Assembly (NCBI GenBank): GCA_963665275.2
Contig: CAXXIN010000007.1
Location: 192,001 to 256,000, forward strand
DNA: 64,000 bases
From: Negativicutes bacterium
GTDB lineage: Bacteria > Bacillota > Negativicutes > UBA1444
Reading direction: 5' to 3'
Below, in pieces: positions 20,401 to 30,799 of the stretch; positions within the stretch are counted from its first letter, which is position 1, and the number at the start of each line of letters is the position of its first letter. The position numbers and the translations under genes are program-made. The notes under the pieces are model-generated. The model saw nothing but the letters and a program-made list of their open reading frames with translations, had not been told where the DNA came from and made no database searches.

Positions 20401-22047
20401 TTATAAGCTGACGGTCGGCTGATATTCGCCGAACACTTTGCGCATTACGCCGCAAACTTCACCAAGGGTTGCATAGGCTTTGACCGCTTCCAGAATTACC
20501 GGCATGAGGTTGACGTGTTCGTCTTTGCAAGCGGCTTCCAATGCGGCCAATTTTTCAGCAACAGCGGCGTTGTCGCGTGCAGCTTTCATTTTCGCCAGTT
20601 TTCCTTTTTGGAACTCACCGACGGATGCGTCAACTCGCAGCAAGCCTTCGGGAGGTTTTTCTTTGATTTGGTACTTGTTGACACCAACAATGATGCGTTC
20701 TTTCTTTTCGACTTCCATCTGCCATTTGTAAGCGCTATCCTGAATTTCGCGTTGGATATAGCCTTTTTCAATAGCAACGACGGCGCCGCCGAGGTCATCG
20801 ATCTTTTTGATGTAATCCCAGCATTCAGCTTCGATCTGATTGGTGAGAGCTTCTACATAGTAGGAGCCGCCCAACGGATCGACGGTGTCAGCCAGACCGC
20901 TTTCTTCAGCAACGATCTGTTGGGTCCGCAGCGCTACGCGAACGGAAGCTTCCGTCGGCAGTGCCAGCGCTTCGTCCTTGGAGTTGGTGTGCAGGGACTG
21001 GGTTCCGCCCATAACGGCAGCGGCAGTCTGCAGTGCAACGCGGACGACGTTGTTGTCCGGTTGTTGGGCAGTCAGCATGGAACCGGCAGTCTGGGTGTGC
21101 ACGCGCAGCATCCAGGATTTAGGATTGGTAGCGCCGAAACGCTCTTTCATGACTTTCGCCCATACGCGACGGGAAGCGCGGAATTTCGCGACTTCTTCGA
21201 GTACGTTGTTGTGGGCGTTCCAGAAGAAGGACAGACGGCCGGCAAAGTCGTCAACATTCAGACCGGCTTTGATGGCGGCTTCGCAATAAGCGATGCCGTC
21301 AGCGATCGTGAACGCGATTTCCTGCGAAGCAGTCGAACCGGCTTCACGGATGTGGTAACCGGAAATCGAGATGGTGTTCCATTGGGGAACGTTCTGTGCG
21401 CAGTATGCGAAAATATTGGTGATCAGACGCATCGAAGGTTTCGGAGGGAAAATGTAGGTTCCGCGAGCGGAGTATTCCTTCAGGATGTCGTTCTGAATGG
21501 TGCCGTTGAGTTTGTCGGCGGTGATGCCTTTTTTCTCGGCTACTGCGATGTACATCGCCAGAAGAACGGAAGCCGGTGCGTTGATGGTCATCGAGGTCGA
21601 CACTTTTCCAAGGTCGATCTGGTCGAACAGGATTTCCATGTCCGCCAGGGAGTCGATGGCAACGCCGACTTTGCCGATTTCACCCTCTGCTTTGGGATCA
21701 TCGGAGTCAAGACCGATCTGGGTCGGCAGGTCAAATGCGCAGGACAGGCCCGTTCCGCCGGACTCCAGCAGGTAACGGTAACGTTTGTTGGATTCTTCGG
21801 CAGTCGAGAAGCCGGCATACATACGCATGGTCCAGAAGCGGCCACGGTACATGGTGGGCTGTACGCCACGGGTAAACGGGTATTCTCCAGGGAACCCTAG
21901 ATCTTTCTCGTAGTCGAAGCCCTCGATATCCAGCGGGGTTGCCAATCTCATCTTGGGCATATTGACCCGCTCGGGATTCTTCGCCAAAGCTTTGGCAACT
22001 TTGGCATCGTAGGCAGCTTTTTTAGCTATCAAAGATTCATTAGCCAT
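20401..22047 (-). CDS. Methylmalonyl-CoA mutase, substrate-binding subunit
   Basis: [14 protein letters not shown] (Tyr), EYSARGTY (Arg), [11 protein letters not shown]; the Tyr/Arg pair indicates methylmalonyl- rather than isobutyryl-CoA specificity. Confidence 0.93.
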   Translation of the reverse strand: MANESLIAKKAAYDAKVAKALAKNPERVNMPKMRLATPLDIEGFDYEKDLGFPGEYPFTRGVQPTMYRGRFWTMRMYAGFSTAEESNKRYRYLLESGGTGLSCAFDLPTQIGLDSDDPKAEGEIGKVGVAIDSLADMEILFDQIDLGKVSTSMTINAPASVLLAMYIAVAEKKGITADKLNGTIQNDILKEYSARGTYIFPPKPSMRLITNIFAYCAQNVPQWNTISISGYHIREAGSTASQEIAFTIADGIAYCEAAIKAGLNVDDFAGRLSFFWNAHNNVLEEVAKFRASRRVWAKVMKERFGATNPKSWMLRVHTQTAGSMLTAQQPDNNVVRVALQTAAAVMGGTQSLHTNSKDEALALPTEASVRVALRTQQIVAEESGLADTVDPLGGSYYVEALTNQIEAECWDYIKKIDDLGGAVVAIEKGYIQREIQDSAYKWQMEVEKKERIIVGVNKYQIKEKPPEGLLRVDASVGEFQKGKLAKMKAARDNAAVAEKLAALEAACKDEHVNLMPVILEAVKAYATLGEVCGVMRKVFGEYQPTVSL

Positions 22048-22072
22048 TTGTGTTCCTCCTTTTCTTTTTTGT

Positions 22073-23578
22073 CTATTTCTTCATGGTGCCGGTTTTCAGG
22101 AACCGAGCATGCCACGAAAGAGCCTCTTCCATCAGATGCGGTGTGTGTGCGTTCTTGGTAGCTGCTTTGGCGCGATCGAAGTAGTCCTGCAGCATTGGTT
22201 TGTAATCAGGATGAACGCATTTATCGATGATGACCTGGGCGCGTTCTTTCGGGCACAGGCCGCGAATGTCGGCGACGCCAAGTTCGGTGACGAAAATGTC
22301 GACATCATGTTCGGTGTGGTCGACGTGCGAACACATCGGTACGATCGAAGAAATGTCGCCTTTTTTGGCTGTGGAGGTCGAGAAGAAGATGGTCAGCTTG
22401 CCGTTACGGGCGAAGTCGCCGGAACCGCCGATGCCGTTCATCATCTTGCTGCCCATGATATGGGTCGAATTGACGTGACCATAGATATCGAACTCAATCG
22501 CGGTGTTCATGGCAATGATGCCGAGGCGCCGGGCTGTTTCCGGGCTATTGGCGATTTCTTGCGGCCGCAGGATGATTTTTTTGCGATAGTCGGCGATATT
22601 CGCATAGAAACGCTTCAGTCCTTCAGGCGAAGGAGTGAGGGACGTTCCTGAAGCAAATTCCAGTTTGCCGGCGTCGATCAGATCGAACATGCCGTCCTGG
22701 ATGACTTCCGTGAAAACGGTGAGGTTGGAAAAAGGCGAATCAACCAGTCCGCAAACGACTGCATTGGCTACCGAGCCCACGCCGGATTGCAACGGCAGAA
22801 GATTCTGCGGCAGACGGCCAAGTTTGATTTCGCTCTGGAAGAATTCAATCAAATGAGCGCTCATGGCCTTGGCGTCATCATCGATCGCTGCCAGCGGACG
22901 TACGAAGTCAGGAATGTCGCAGGGAACAATCGCAACAATTTTTGCAGGATCGCATACAATGTAAGGAGTGCCGATCCGATCATCCACTTTGGTAATCGGC
23001 ACTGGCAGGCGATGGGGAGGATCAAGCGGCACATAAACGTCATGCATGCCTTCGAGTTCGAGCGGCTGCGTTACGTTGACTTCAATGATAACTTGTTTCG
23101 CGCTCTGTACGAAAGAGGCGGTATTTCCGAGCGAAGTGGTCGGAATGATGTGCCCTTCCTCAGTGATGGCGCAGGCTTCGATGATCGCGACATCCACGTC
23201 GCCGCCCAGATAACCATAACGTGACATTTGGGCCACATGGCTCAAATGAAGATCGGTGTAGCAAATGTCGCCGCTGTTGATCTGTTTGCGGACGCCATCA
23301 TTGGTCTGGTAAGGCAATCTTCTGGCAATCCCGCCAACTTCGGACAGAGCGCCATCCAATTCTTTGCCGACGGAAGCGCCGGTCCACAGATTAACTTTGA
23401 ACGGGTCCGCTTTCATTCGGGCCGCCAATGCCAGTGGCACTGCTTTCGGGTAGCCGGCGGGGGTAAATCCGCTGGCGCCGATGTTCATGCCCGGCTTGAT
23501 GAGGGCCGCTGCAGCTTCGGCAGTGGTGATTTTTGCCTGAAGTGCACTGTTACGTACGCGGTCTTTGATTTCGATCAT
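22073..23578 (-). CDS. Succinate CoA-transferase (acetyl-CoA hydrolase/transferase family)
   Basis: [42 protein letters not shown]. Confidence 0.9.
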   Translation of the reverse strand: MIEIKDRVRNSALQAKITTAEAAAALIKPGMNIGASGFTPAGYPKAVPLALAARMKADPFKVNLWTGASVGKELDGALSEVGGIARRLPYQTNDGVRKQINSGDICYTDLHLSHVAQMSRYGYLGGDVDVAIIEACAITEEGHIIPTTSLGNTASFVQSAKQVIIEVNVTQPLELEGMHDVYVPLDPPHRLPVPITKVDDRIGTPYIVCDPAKIVAIVPCDIPDFVRPLAAIDDDAKAMSAHLIEFFQSEIKLGRLPQNLLPLQSGVGSVANAVVCGLVDSPFSNLTVFTEVIQDGMFDLIDAGKLEFASGTSLTPSPEGLKRFYANIADYRKKIILRPQEIANSPETARRLGIIAMNTAIEFDIYGHVNSTHIMGSKMMNGIGGSGDFARNGKLTIFFSTSTAKKGDISSIVPMCSHVDHTEHDVDIFVTELGVADIRGLCPKERAQVIIDKCVHPDYKPMLQDYFDRAKAATKNAHTPHLMEEALSWHARFLKTGTMKK

Positions 23579-24027
23579 GCAGTCTCTCCTCCTCGTATTC
23601 TATGAATTATGATGATTACAGGAGCCCGGCTCCAGGGTGGACAACCATTGTTCGTGAAAAAAGTCTCATGAACACGCAAAAAAAATACGCCAAAGAATGT
23701 CCTTGTGCGAACCGCACAATACAAACCTAGGCGTTGCTTACTGCTTATTTCCCGCTCAAGAAGTCTCTTGCACGAAAAACCATAAGCGACATCTGTTTGT
23801 TGCTGCATTTTCAAACTCGCGTATTCGCAAGGTTGTCCATACAATTCAATGTTCCGCTACGAGTCCTCTGATTCCCGATGGCTAATCCGAGCGCGCTCTC
23901 TCCCTTTCTAAAAAGGATTTTTCCGGAATTGCTGTTTCTACAGAATGATCGCTGTCTGTCCGAACAATATTGTATACCGCTTTGAACGAAAACTCAACAC
24001 TTATTTTACACACAATTTAAAATTTTT

Positions 24028-24669
24028 CTAACGACCCTGTCGGCGCAGGTGATAAGACAAAGTGGCAAGTCCTACAGACAGGTCTTCACTCACCAATTGG
24101 ACCGACTCCGGAACCTTGATCCGCACTGGCGCAAAGTTCCATATGCCATGCAACCCGGCAGCGACCATCCGGTCCGCTATCGGTTGTGCTTCCCCTGCCG
24201 GCACCGCCAGGACTCCAATCTGGATATTGCGGTCCGCAATTGTTTTTTCAAGATCCGCTACCGGCAGAACTTCCACCCCATTGATGCTTTGGCCGACGAT
24301 GGCCGGATTTTGATCAAACAGGGCCGACAGATGAAACCCCATCGAGGCGAAATTCCGATAGTTCGCCAGAGCCCACCCCAAATGCCCAACACCTACAATG
24401 GCAATGTTCCAGCGGCGGTCCAGACCCAGAATGGAACTGATATTATTCAACAGTTCTGTTACATGGTACCCGACACCTTTTTTACCGAAAGCACCGAACC
24501 CGGCCAGATCTTTCCTGATCTGTTCTGGAGTCACATCAATCCGGCGACCGAGTTCTTCGGATGACACAATATCCGAACCCTCCGACTTGATCAGTCGGAG
24601 GGTTCGGAAATATAGCGGCAAACGATCAATCGTCGCCCGGGAGATACTTCCGTTTTTGGCTTTTAGCAC
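24028..24669 (-). CDS. rex: Redox-sensing transcriptional repressor Rex
   Basis: RLPLYFR, QIRKDL, GKKGVGY, GVGHLG, WNFAP; likely GTG start at 24669 overlapping the hydA stop. Confidence 0.93.
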   Translation of the reverse strand: MLKAKNGSISRATIDRLPLYFRTLRLIKSEGSDIVSSEELGRRIDVTPEQIRKDLAGFGAFGKKGVGYHVTELLNNISSILGLDRRWNIAIVGVGHLGWALANYRNFASMGFHLSALFDQNPAIVGQSINGVEVLPVADLEKTIADRNIQIGVLAVPAGEAQPIADRMVAAGLHGIWNFAPVRIKVPESVQLVSEDLSVGLATLSYHLRRQGR

Positions 24670-26387
24670 CGTATCTGAGCCTTGTAATGTGTATGCAGCA
24701 AATGATGTGATTTCTCGCCGCATGGCTTGCCAAGCCAAGTATCATAGAGTTCCTTGATCGCCGGGTTTTCATGGGATTTGCGGATCTGAGAACTCCGGTC
24801 GCACTCATAGATAGCCGCGATTCGGTTCAGTCGGGTCTCCTCACATACCGGCACGGGCTGTCCGCCGCCGCCGATACAGCCGCCGGGGCAGGCCATGATT
24901 TCAATGAAGTGATAATCCGCCTCGCCGGACCGGATTTTTTCCATCATGATGCGGGCATTGGCGAGCGTATTGGCTACAGCAATTTTGACGGTCAAATCGC
25001 CGATCGGCACCGAGGCTTCTTTAATACCCGTCAAGCCACGAACTTCTTTGAAATCGATACATTCGAGTTCCTTGCCTGTAAGAACTTCGGCGACTGTGCG
25101 CAACGCAGCTTCCATAACGCCGCCCGAGGATCCGAAAATCACGCCTGCGCCGGTTGAAATGCCGAACGGAGCATCATAGTCTTCCTCCGTTATTGTGGCG
25201 AAGTCGATACCCGCCTCTTTGATCATCCGAGCCAATTCACGGGTAGTCAGGACGAAGTCCACGTCCTGCAGCCCATGGGTGGAAAACTCCGGCCGGACGG
25301 CTTCCGCTTTTTTGGCAGTACAGGGCATGATCGAAACCGATACGATATCCATTGGGTCGATGCCGGTTTTTTCGGCGTAATAAGTCTTGGACAACGCGCC
25401 GAACATCTGCTGCGGCGATTTCGCCGTCGACAGGTGCGGCAGCAGGTCTGGGTACATCAATTCGATGAAGTTGACCCAACCCGGGCTGCAGGAGGTAATC
25501 ATCGGCAATGTTCCGCCGTTTTGCAGCCGTCCGATCAGTTCAGTCCCTTCTTCGAGGATGGTGAGGTCGGCTGTGAAATCGGTGTCAAACACCTTGTTGA
25601 AGCCGATCCGGCGCAAGGACGCCACCATTTTCCCGGTGACGACGAAGCCGCTGTTCATGCCGAGCGCCTCGCCGAGCGCCACACGGGTCGCCGGCGCGGT
25701 CTGTACGATAACATGTTTGGTTGGATCGCTGATGGCATCCCAAACAGCCTGCGTATCGTCTTTTTCGACGATGGCTGCGGTAGGACAGACGCTGGCGCAT
25801 TGTCCGCAGAAAGTGCAGGGAGCGAGTTCCAGTCCCACGTTGAAAGCCGGAGTTACCGTAGTGTCAAAGCCCCGATTGGCAAAGCTGTATACGTCCACGC
25901 CCTGCCTGTCGCTACAAGCCTTGATGCAACGTCCGCACAGAATGCATTTGTTTTGATCCCGGACCAGAGCCGGGTTATTATTGTCCAAAGGTAGATTTTT
26001 CTTCACACCGTCGAAACGAACTTTGCGGATACCGAGATCCGCCGCCATGGTCTGCAGCTCACAATTCGTGTTGCGTTGACAGGACAGGCAGTCCTGCGGG
26101 TGATTGGCCAACAGCAGTTCCACGACTGTCTTGCGCGCTTCACGCACCGCCGGAGTATTCGTGCGAACGACCATTCCTTCATTCACAGGATAGACGCAGG
26201 AAGCCACCAAGGTTTTCGCGCCTTCCACCTCCACCACACAGACGCGGCACGCGCCTTCCGGGCGGAGTTCGGGGTGATAGCAAAGACTGGGCACTGTGAT
26301 GCCGCCTGCTTTTGCGGCAGTCAACACTGTGGCGCTTTTCGGCACCTGCAGTTTGCGCCCGTCGATTGTTACATTAACCATATCCAC
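24663..26387 (-). CDS. hydA: [FeFe]-hydrogenase catalytic subunit (bifurcating type)
   Basis: 2Fe-2S and 4Fe-4S N-terminus; H-cluster motifs TSCSPGW, MPCTAKKAE, EIMACPGGCIGGGGQP. Confidence 0.95.
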   Translation of the reverse strand: MDMVNVTIDGRKLQVPKSATVLTAAKAGGITVPSLCYHPELRPEGACRVCVVEVEGAKTLVASCVYPVNEGMVVRTNTPAVREARKTVVELLLANHPQDCLSCQRNTNCELQTMAADLGIRKVRFDGVKKNLPLDNNNPALVRDQNKCILCGRCIKACSDRQGVDVYSFANRGFDTTVTPAFNVGLELAPCTFCGQCASVCPTAAIVEKDDTQAVWDAISDPTKHVIVQTAPATRVALGEALGMNSGFVVTGKMVASLRRIGFNKVFDTDFTADLTILEEGTELIGRLQNGGTLPMITSCSPGWVNFIELMYPDLLPHLSTAKSPQQMFGALSKTYYAEKTGIDPMDIVSVSIMPCTAKKAEAVRPEFSTHGLQDVDFVLTTRELARMIKEAGIDFATITEEDYDAPFGISTGAGVIFGSSGGVMEAALRTVAEVLTGKELECIDFKEVRGLTGIKEASVPIGDLTVKIAVANTLANARIMMEKIRSGEADYHFIEIMACPGGCIGGGGQPVPVCEETRLNRIAAIYECDRSSQIRKSHENPAIKELYDTWLGKPCGEKSHHLLHTHYKAQIRC

Positions 26388-26412
26388 GGTATCATGCTCT
26401 CCTTTCGATGCC

Positions 26413-28203
26413 TTAGCCCTTAATAATTGCTTTGAACGGACATTTCGCCATACAGGCGCCGCATTTAATGCATTTTTCCTGATTGATTACATGCTGTCCC
26501 TTGATCTCACCAGTGATTGCTTCCACCGGGCAGGCTTTTTTGCAGAGTCCGCAGCCTTTGCACAGCTCGGTGATCTGGTAACCGGAGAGCTTGGTACAGG
26601 CGCCGGCGGGACATTTCTTGTCCCTGATGTGTGCTTCATATTCATGCCTGAAATATCGCAGCGTGCTGAGCACCGGATTGGGAGCCGTCTGACCCAGTCC
26701 GCACAAAGAAGCAGCCTTGATGTTTTTCGCCAGACTTTCGAGGAGCTCGATGTCGCCCTCACGTCCCTGACCTTCGGTAATGCGGGTCAAGATCTCCAGC
26801 ATGCGCATGGTGCCTTCACGGCACGGTGTACATTTACCGCAGGATTCCTTCTGCGTGAAATTCAGGAAGAAACGGGCCACATCCACCATGCAGGTGGTTT
26901 CATCCATGACCACCAGGCCGCCGGAACCCATCATGGCGCCGGCCGCAGTCAGGGATTCATAATCGATCTGCAGATCCAGCATGCTTTCAGGCAGACAACC
27001 GCCGGAAGGTCCGCCGATCTGAACCGCCTTGAATTTTTTGCCGTCCGGAATTCCGCCGCCGATTTCATAGATGATTTCGCGCATTGTGATTCCCATGGGC
27101 ACTTCGGCCAGGCCGGTATTGTTAATTTTTCCGGTCAGGGCGAACACTTTGGTTCCCTTGCTTTTAGCCGTTCCCACCGAAGCGTAGGCGTCGGCGCCAT
27201 CTACAATGATGAGGGGAACATTCGCAAAGGTTTCAACATTGTTGATATTCGTAGGCTTGCCCCACAGTCCGGATACCGCCGGGAATGGGGGACGGGGGCG
27301 CGGAGTGCCGCGTTTGCCTTCGATGGATGCGAGCAGGGCGGTTTCTTCGCCGCATACGAAAGCACCGGCGCCCTCCTTGACCTTAATGTGAAAATTGAAA
27401 CCGGAGCCGAAAATATCATCGCCCAAGAGTCCCATGTCCATCGCCTGTTTGATGGCGATGTGGAGACGCTTGATCGCCAAAGGATACTCAGCGCGGCAGT
27501 AAATATATCCTTCACTCGCGCCCATGGCGTAGCCGCAGATAGCCATCCCTTCGAGCACCCGATGCGGGTCACCCTCCAGTACGCTGCGGTCCATGAAAGC
27601 GCCGGGATCGCCTTCGTCTGCGTTACAGACGACATATTTCTGGGTTCCGGGTGCATTCCGGGCAAACTCCCATTTCAATCCCGTCGGGAAACCAGCGCCG
27701 CCACGGCCTCGCAGGCCCGACTTTTTCATCTCGGCCACGATTTCTTCCGGTTTCATTTCCGTTAATGCTTTACCCAGTCCCGCATATCCGCCGACCGCAA
27801 TATATTCCTCAATGATTTCGGGGTTGATATGGCCACAATTGGTCAGAATCCTGCGCATCTGCTTTTTGTAGAACTGCATGTGTTCGAAATTAGGGATCAT
27901 TTCATGGGAAATGGGTTCTTTGTACAACAGCCGGTTGACAATACGTCCTTTGTAGATGTGTACGTCCACGATCTCCGGCACGTCTTCCGGCTGAACCCTG
28001 CAATAGAATGTACCTTCGGGGTAAATGATCATTATGGGTCCCATTTCACAGAAACCGTGACAGCCCGTCTCCACGATCTTGACTTCAGATTCGAGTCCCT
28101 TCAGTTCCAGTTCCTGTTTCAGTGACTCCATTACTTTCTTGGAACCGGATGAAGCGCAACCCGTGCCGCTACAGACAAGCACATGTGATCTGATATGTTT
28201 CAT
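26413..28203 (-). CDS. hydB: NuoF-like NADH-binding hydrogenase subunit
   Basis: GRGGAGFPTG, NADEGDPG, CGEETAL, SCGKCTPCREG, C-terminal 2x4Fe-4S. Confidence 0.93.
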   Translation of the reverse strand: MKHIRSHVLVCSGTGCASSGSKKVMESLKQELELKGLESEVKIVETGCHGFCEMGPIMIIYPEGTFYCRVQPEDVPEIVDVHIYKGRIVNRLLYKEPISHEMIPNFEHMQFYKKQMRRILTNCGHINPEIIEEYIAVGGYAGLGKALTEMKPEEIVAEMKKSGLRGRGGAGFPTGLKWEFARNAPGTQKYVVCNADEGDPGAFMDRSVLEGDPHRVLEGMAICGYAMGASEGYIYCRAEYPLAIKRLHIAIKQAMDMGLLGDDIFGSGFNFHIKVKEGAGAFVCGEETALLASIEGKRGTPRPRPPFPAVSGLWGKPTNINNVETFANVPLIIVDGADAYASVGTAKSKGTKVFALTGKINNTGLAEVPMGITMREIIYEIGGGIPDGKKFKAVQIGGPSGGCLPESMLDLQIDYESLTAAGAMMGSGGLVVMDETTCMVDVARFFLNFTQKESCGKCTPCREGTMRMLEILTRITEGQGREGDIELLESLAKNIKAASLCGLGQTAPNPVLSTLRYFRHEYEAHIRDKKCPAGACTKLSGYQITELCKGCGLCKKACPVEAITGEIKGQHVINQEKCIKCGACMAKCPFKAIIKG

Positions 28204-28236
28204 TATCCTCAATTCCCTCCCGCAGTCTGATTTCGA

Positions 28237-28602
28237 CTACTTCGTAATCTTGCCTATGACACGCTCTTCAACTATCCGGTCATTGACCACATGCTCCGAA
28301 ATCAGCTTCGGAATGAAGTCCGGCGTCACTTTGCCATAGCTGATGCGAGGTCCTCCGGCTTTGACGATGTCCACGAGAACTTCCTGTTCGCACATTCCGA
28401 TACAGCCGGTCTGGGTCACATTGACATCCTGAATTTTCGCTTTGGCAATCTCATCGAGTATCGCCGACAGCACTTCACGCGCACCGGCCGCAATGCCGCA
28501 CGTTCCCATGCCGACAATGATCTGGGTTCCTGCCGCATGGCGGATCTGGTTGTCGGTCTGAAGCTTTTCGCGCAACCGTTTGAGGTCTTCCACCGTTTTC
28601 AT
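28237..28602 (-). CDS. Thioredoxin-like 2Fe-2S ferredoxin subunit (HydD/HndB-like)
   Basis: GMGTCGIAAGA, TGCIGMC. Confidence 0.88.
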   Translation of the reverse strand: MKTVEDLKRLREKLQTDNQIRHAAGTQIIVGMGTCGIAAGAREVLSAILDEIAKAKIQDVNVTQTGCIGMCEQEVLVDIVKAGGPRISYGKVTPDFIPKLISEHVVNDRIVEERVIGKITK

Positions 28603-28605
28603 GCT

Positions 28606-29154
28606 TTAATTCCCTCCGTATAAAATACTCAGATTTTCCTTGAGATACCCATCGATCCAGTCCAGCACCTCCGGCTGCGTCAGCGGCAAATCCCCCAATG
28701 CGGTTCGGATTTCTGCAGAGTCCAACGCAAAAGTTTTTTCGCCGACGGTGTGACGATATCGGAAATGAACCTGAGGGTTCATCACCAGGATGGTCTTTAA
28801 CGTTGCCGCCATATTCCCGAGCGGCGGACGGTCCAGGTGGTCGAGCCGCCAAAAGGCGTCCACAGTGGTTCCCTCACCCGGAGTCGATTCGATCTGCAAA
28901 GCGCCGTCACACATACGGGTTGTCATGTCCATTAACGGTATTCCCAGGCCGACCTTGCGCACCGTCCGGGTCGTTACGAACGGATCCCTGATTCTGGACA
29001 GCATCACTTGGTCCATGCCCCGTCCATTATCTTCGATGCGGATCCGCAATACATCCTGAACTGCATTTTCCTCCACTAGTACCGCGACCTTGTCGGCGCC
29101 AGCGCCAGTCGAATTTTCTACGAGATCCAGAACATGCAGCGAGAGTTCATGCAT
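28606..29154 (-). CDS. GHKL ATP-binding protein (HydE-like of hyd operons)
   Basis: ELSLHVLDLVENS, DNGRGM, DPFVTTRT.RKVGLG, HLDRPPLG. Confidence 0.85.
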   Translation of the reverse strand: MHELSLHVLDLVENSTGAGADKVAVLVEENAVQDVLRIRIEDNGRGMDQVMLSRIRDPFVTTRTVRKVGLGIPLMDMTTRMCDGALQIESTPGEGTTVDAFWRLDHLDRPPLGNMAATLKTILVMNPQVHFRYRHTVGEKTFALDSAEIRTALGDLPLTQPEVLDWIDGYLKENLSILYGGN

Positions 29155-29166
29155 GATACAACGGGT

Positions 29167-29664
29167 CTATTGATATCGGTCGAGAATTTGGCATACCGTC
29201 TCGGGGGTCAGGCGTCCGTGCGTATCATCATTCACCATCATTACAGGGGCCAATCCACAAGCGCCCAGACAAGCTACGGTTTCCAGAGTGAACTTTTCGT
29301 CCGGCGAGGTTTGACCCGGTATCAAGTGCAGTTGATCTTCCAACGCCTTGAGTACGTTTTTGGCGCCGCGCACGTGGCAGGCTGTGCCCTGGCACACTCG
29401 GATGATATTGCGTCCACGGGGGTTCATGTGAAACTGCGAATAAAAAGTCACGACTCCAAAAACTTGGCTGACAGGAATCTTGAGAATTTCCGCGATGCGC
29501 CCGATCACATCTTTGGGCAGGAATCCATACGCATGTTGAGCTTCCTGAAGAACCGGGATCAATGCGCCCTTCATTCCCTGGTATTTTTCCAGGATCGCAT
29601 CGACCTTGGCGAACCGGTCCTTGCTGCCACCACAGCAACAATCTTGGGTTTCTTTGGTTTCCAT
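29167..29664 (-). CDS. hydC: NuoE-like 2Fe-2S hydrogenase subunit
   Basis: VVTFYSQF, CQGTACHVRG, CLGACGLAP. Confidence 0.92.
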   Translation of the reverse strand: METKETQDCCCGGSKDRFAKVDAILEKYQGMKGALIPVLQEAQHAYGFLPKDVIGRIAEILKIPVSQVFGVVTFYSQFHMNPRGRNIIRVCQGTACHVRGAKNVLKALEDQLHLIPGQTSPDEKFTLETVACLGACGLAPVMMVNDDTHGRLTPETVCQILDRYQ

Positions 29665-29700
29665 TCTTCATCCTCCTTGGTTCTATGTTCCGGTTATTCT

Positions 29701-30444
29701 TTATCGATGGATTCGCCTACCCTCTTTGCCAACCAGTGCCTGCCGAATTTCAGAAAGGGTCGGAGACTCCATGAGGAACATCGTTTTGGGGCCTGTAAGA
29801 AAATCATCTATCGTATGGGCATCGGATGAGGCGACTACCGGCAGGGCGCCGATCGCTGGAAGCCTCATTTTTGCCTCAGCCCATTGCATGTTTCGCGATA
29901 CTTCCACTGCGTCCGGCGAAGCGCCCTCCGGAATGAATCCGAGTTGGGAGAGCACGCTGAACGCCGGCCGGTCAACGTGGGCCGCAATCGTGAGGCCTCC
30001 CATGGCGCGAACCTGCTCCACAGCTTCATCAAAGCCCAGATCCGTCGACGCCAGCAGCATGATCTCTTCTGTACGGACCAGTTCATCTTCCTCGTCGACG
30101 ACAAACTGAGCGCCGAATTTTTTTTCGTCATTTTGCCGTGGACTGCGGTGCAAGGCTACGAAATCACACCATTTTTTAAAATCGCGCATTTTGTCAAACA
30201 GGGTCAAGAGATGGACTTCTTCCCGTGTCTGGACCTCCATGCCCGCCAGAACAGTGACTGTGCTTCCCGCCGCAGCGCGGATCGCAGCCGCGACATTATC
30301 CCCGGCATTATGGTCCGTGATGGCTACGATATCGATTCCGGCGGTCTGCGCATTCCTGATGATGTTTCGGGGAGTCATTTCCACAGCGGCGCACGGCGAC
30401 AATAAGGTGTGCACATGCAAATCAGCCCGAAACCACCGTTTCAC
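29701..30444 (-). CDS. PHP-domain phosphoesterase
   Basis: DLHVH, ITDHN, AHVDR, SSDAH. Confidence 0.88.
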   Translation of the reverse strand: MKRWFRADLHVHTLLSPCAAVEMTPRNIIRNAQTAGIDIVAITDHNAGDNVAAAIRAAAGSTVTVLAGMEVQTREEVHLLTLFDKMRDFKKWCDFVALHRSPRQNDEKKFGAQFVVDEEDELVRTEEIMLLASTDLGFDEAVEQVRAMGGLTIAAHVDRPAFSVLSQLGFIPEGASPDAVEVSRNMQWAEAKMRLPAIGALPVVASSDAHTIDDFLTGPKTMFLMESPTLSEIRQALVGKEGRRIHR

Positions 30445-30782
30445 TTTCCCGGAATTCCGAGCCGATATAGGCGCCCGGCAACTTCGTAAGTTGACAGCTC
30501 GGTTTTACACAACACCACTTCCTGCTCATTAGCCTTGGCAATCGTCTGCTCTTCCGGTTCGATCCCACCGGCGACGATCACCGCCCCCAGTCCCACCAAG
30601 GACGCCACCGCAACGATGTTTTGGTGCCCCTGCATGGTCACCCATACTTCGCCCGCTTTCGCCTGCCCCATGACATGGCTGAGCAGATCCGACACATATC
30701 CACCGACCAAAGGGTCGTCCAAAACCCCGCCCTTTGATACCATCGTCAACCCCAATTCTTCGATCATTTCCCTCACCGTCAA
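30441..30782 (-). CDS. DRTGG-domain protein
   Basis: GGYVSDLLSHVM, HQNIVAVA. Confidence 0.82.
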   Translation of the reverse strand: MTVREMIEELGLTMVSKGGVLDDPLVGGYVSDLLSHVMGQAKAGEVWVTMQGHQNIVAVASLVGLGAVIVAGGIEPEEQTIAKANEQEVVLCKTELSTYEVAGRLYRLGIPGK

Positions 30783-30799
30783 GCTCCATCACCCCCGAT

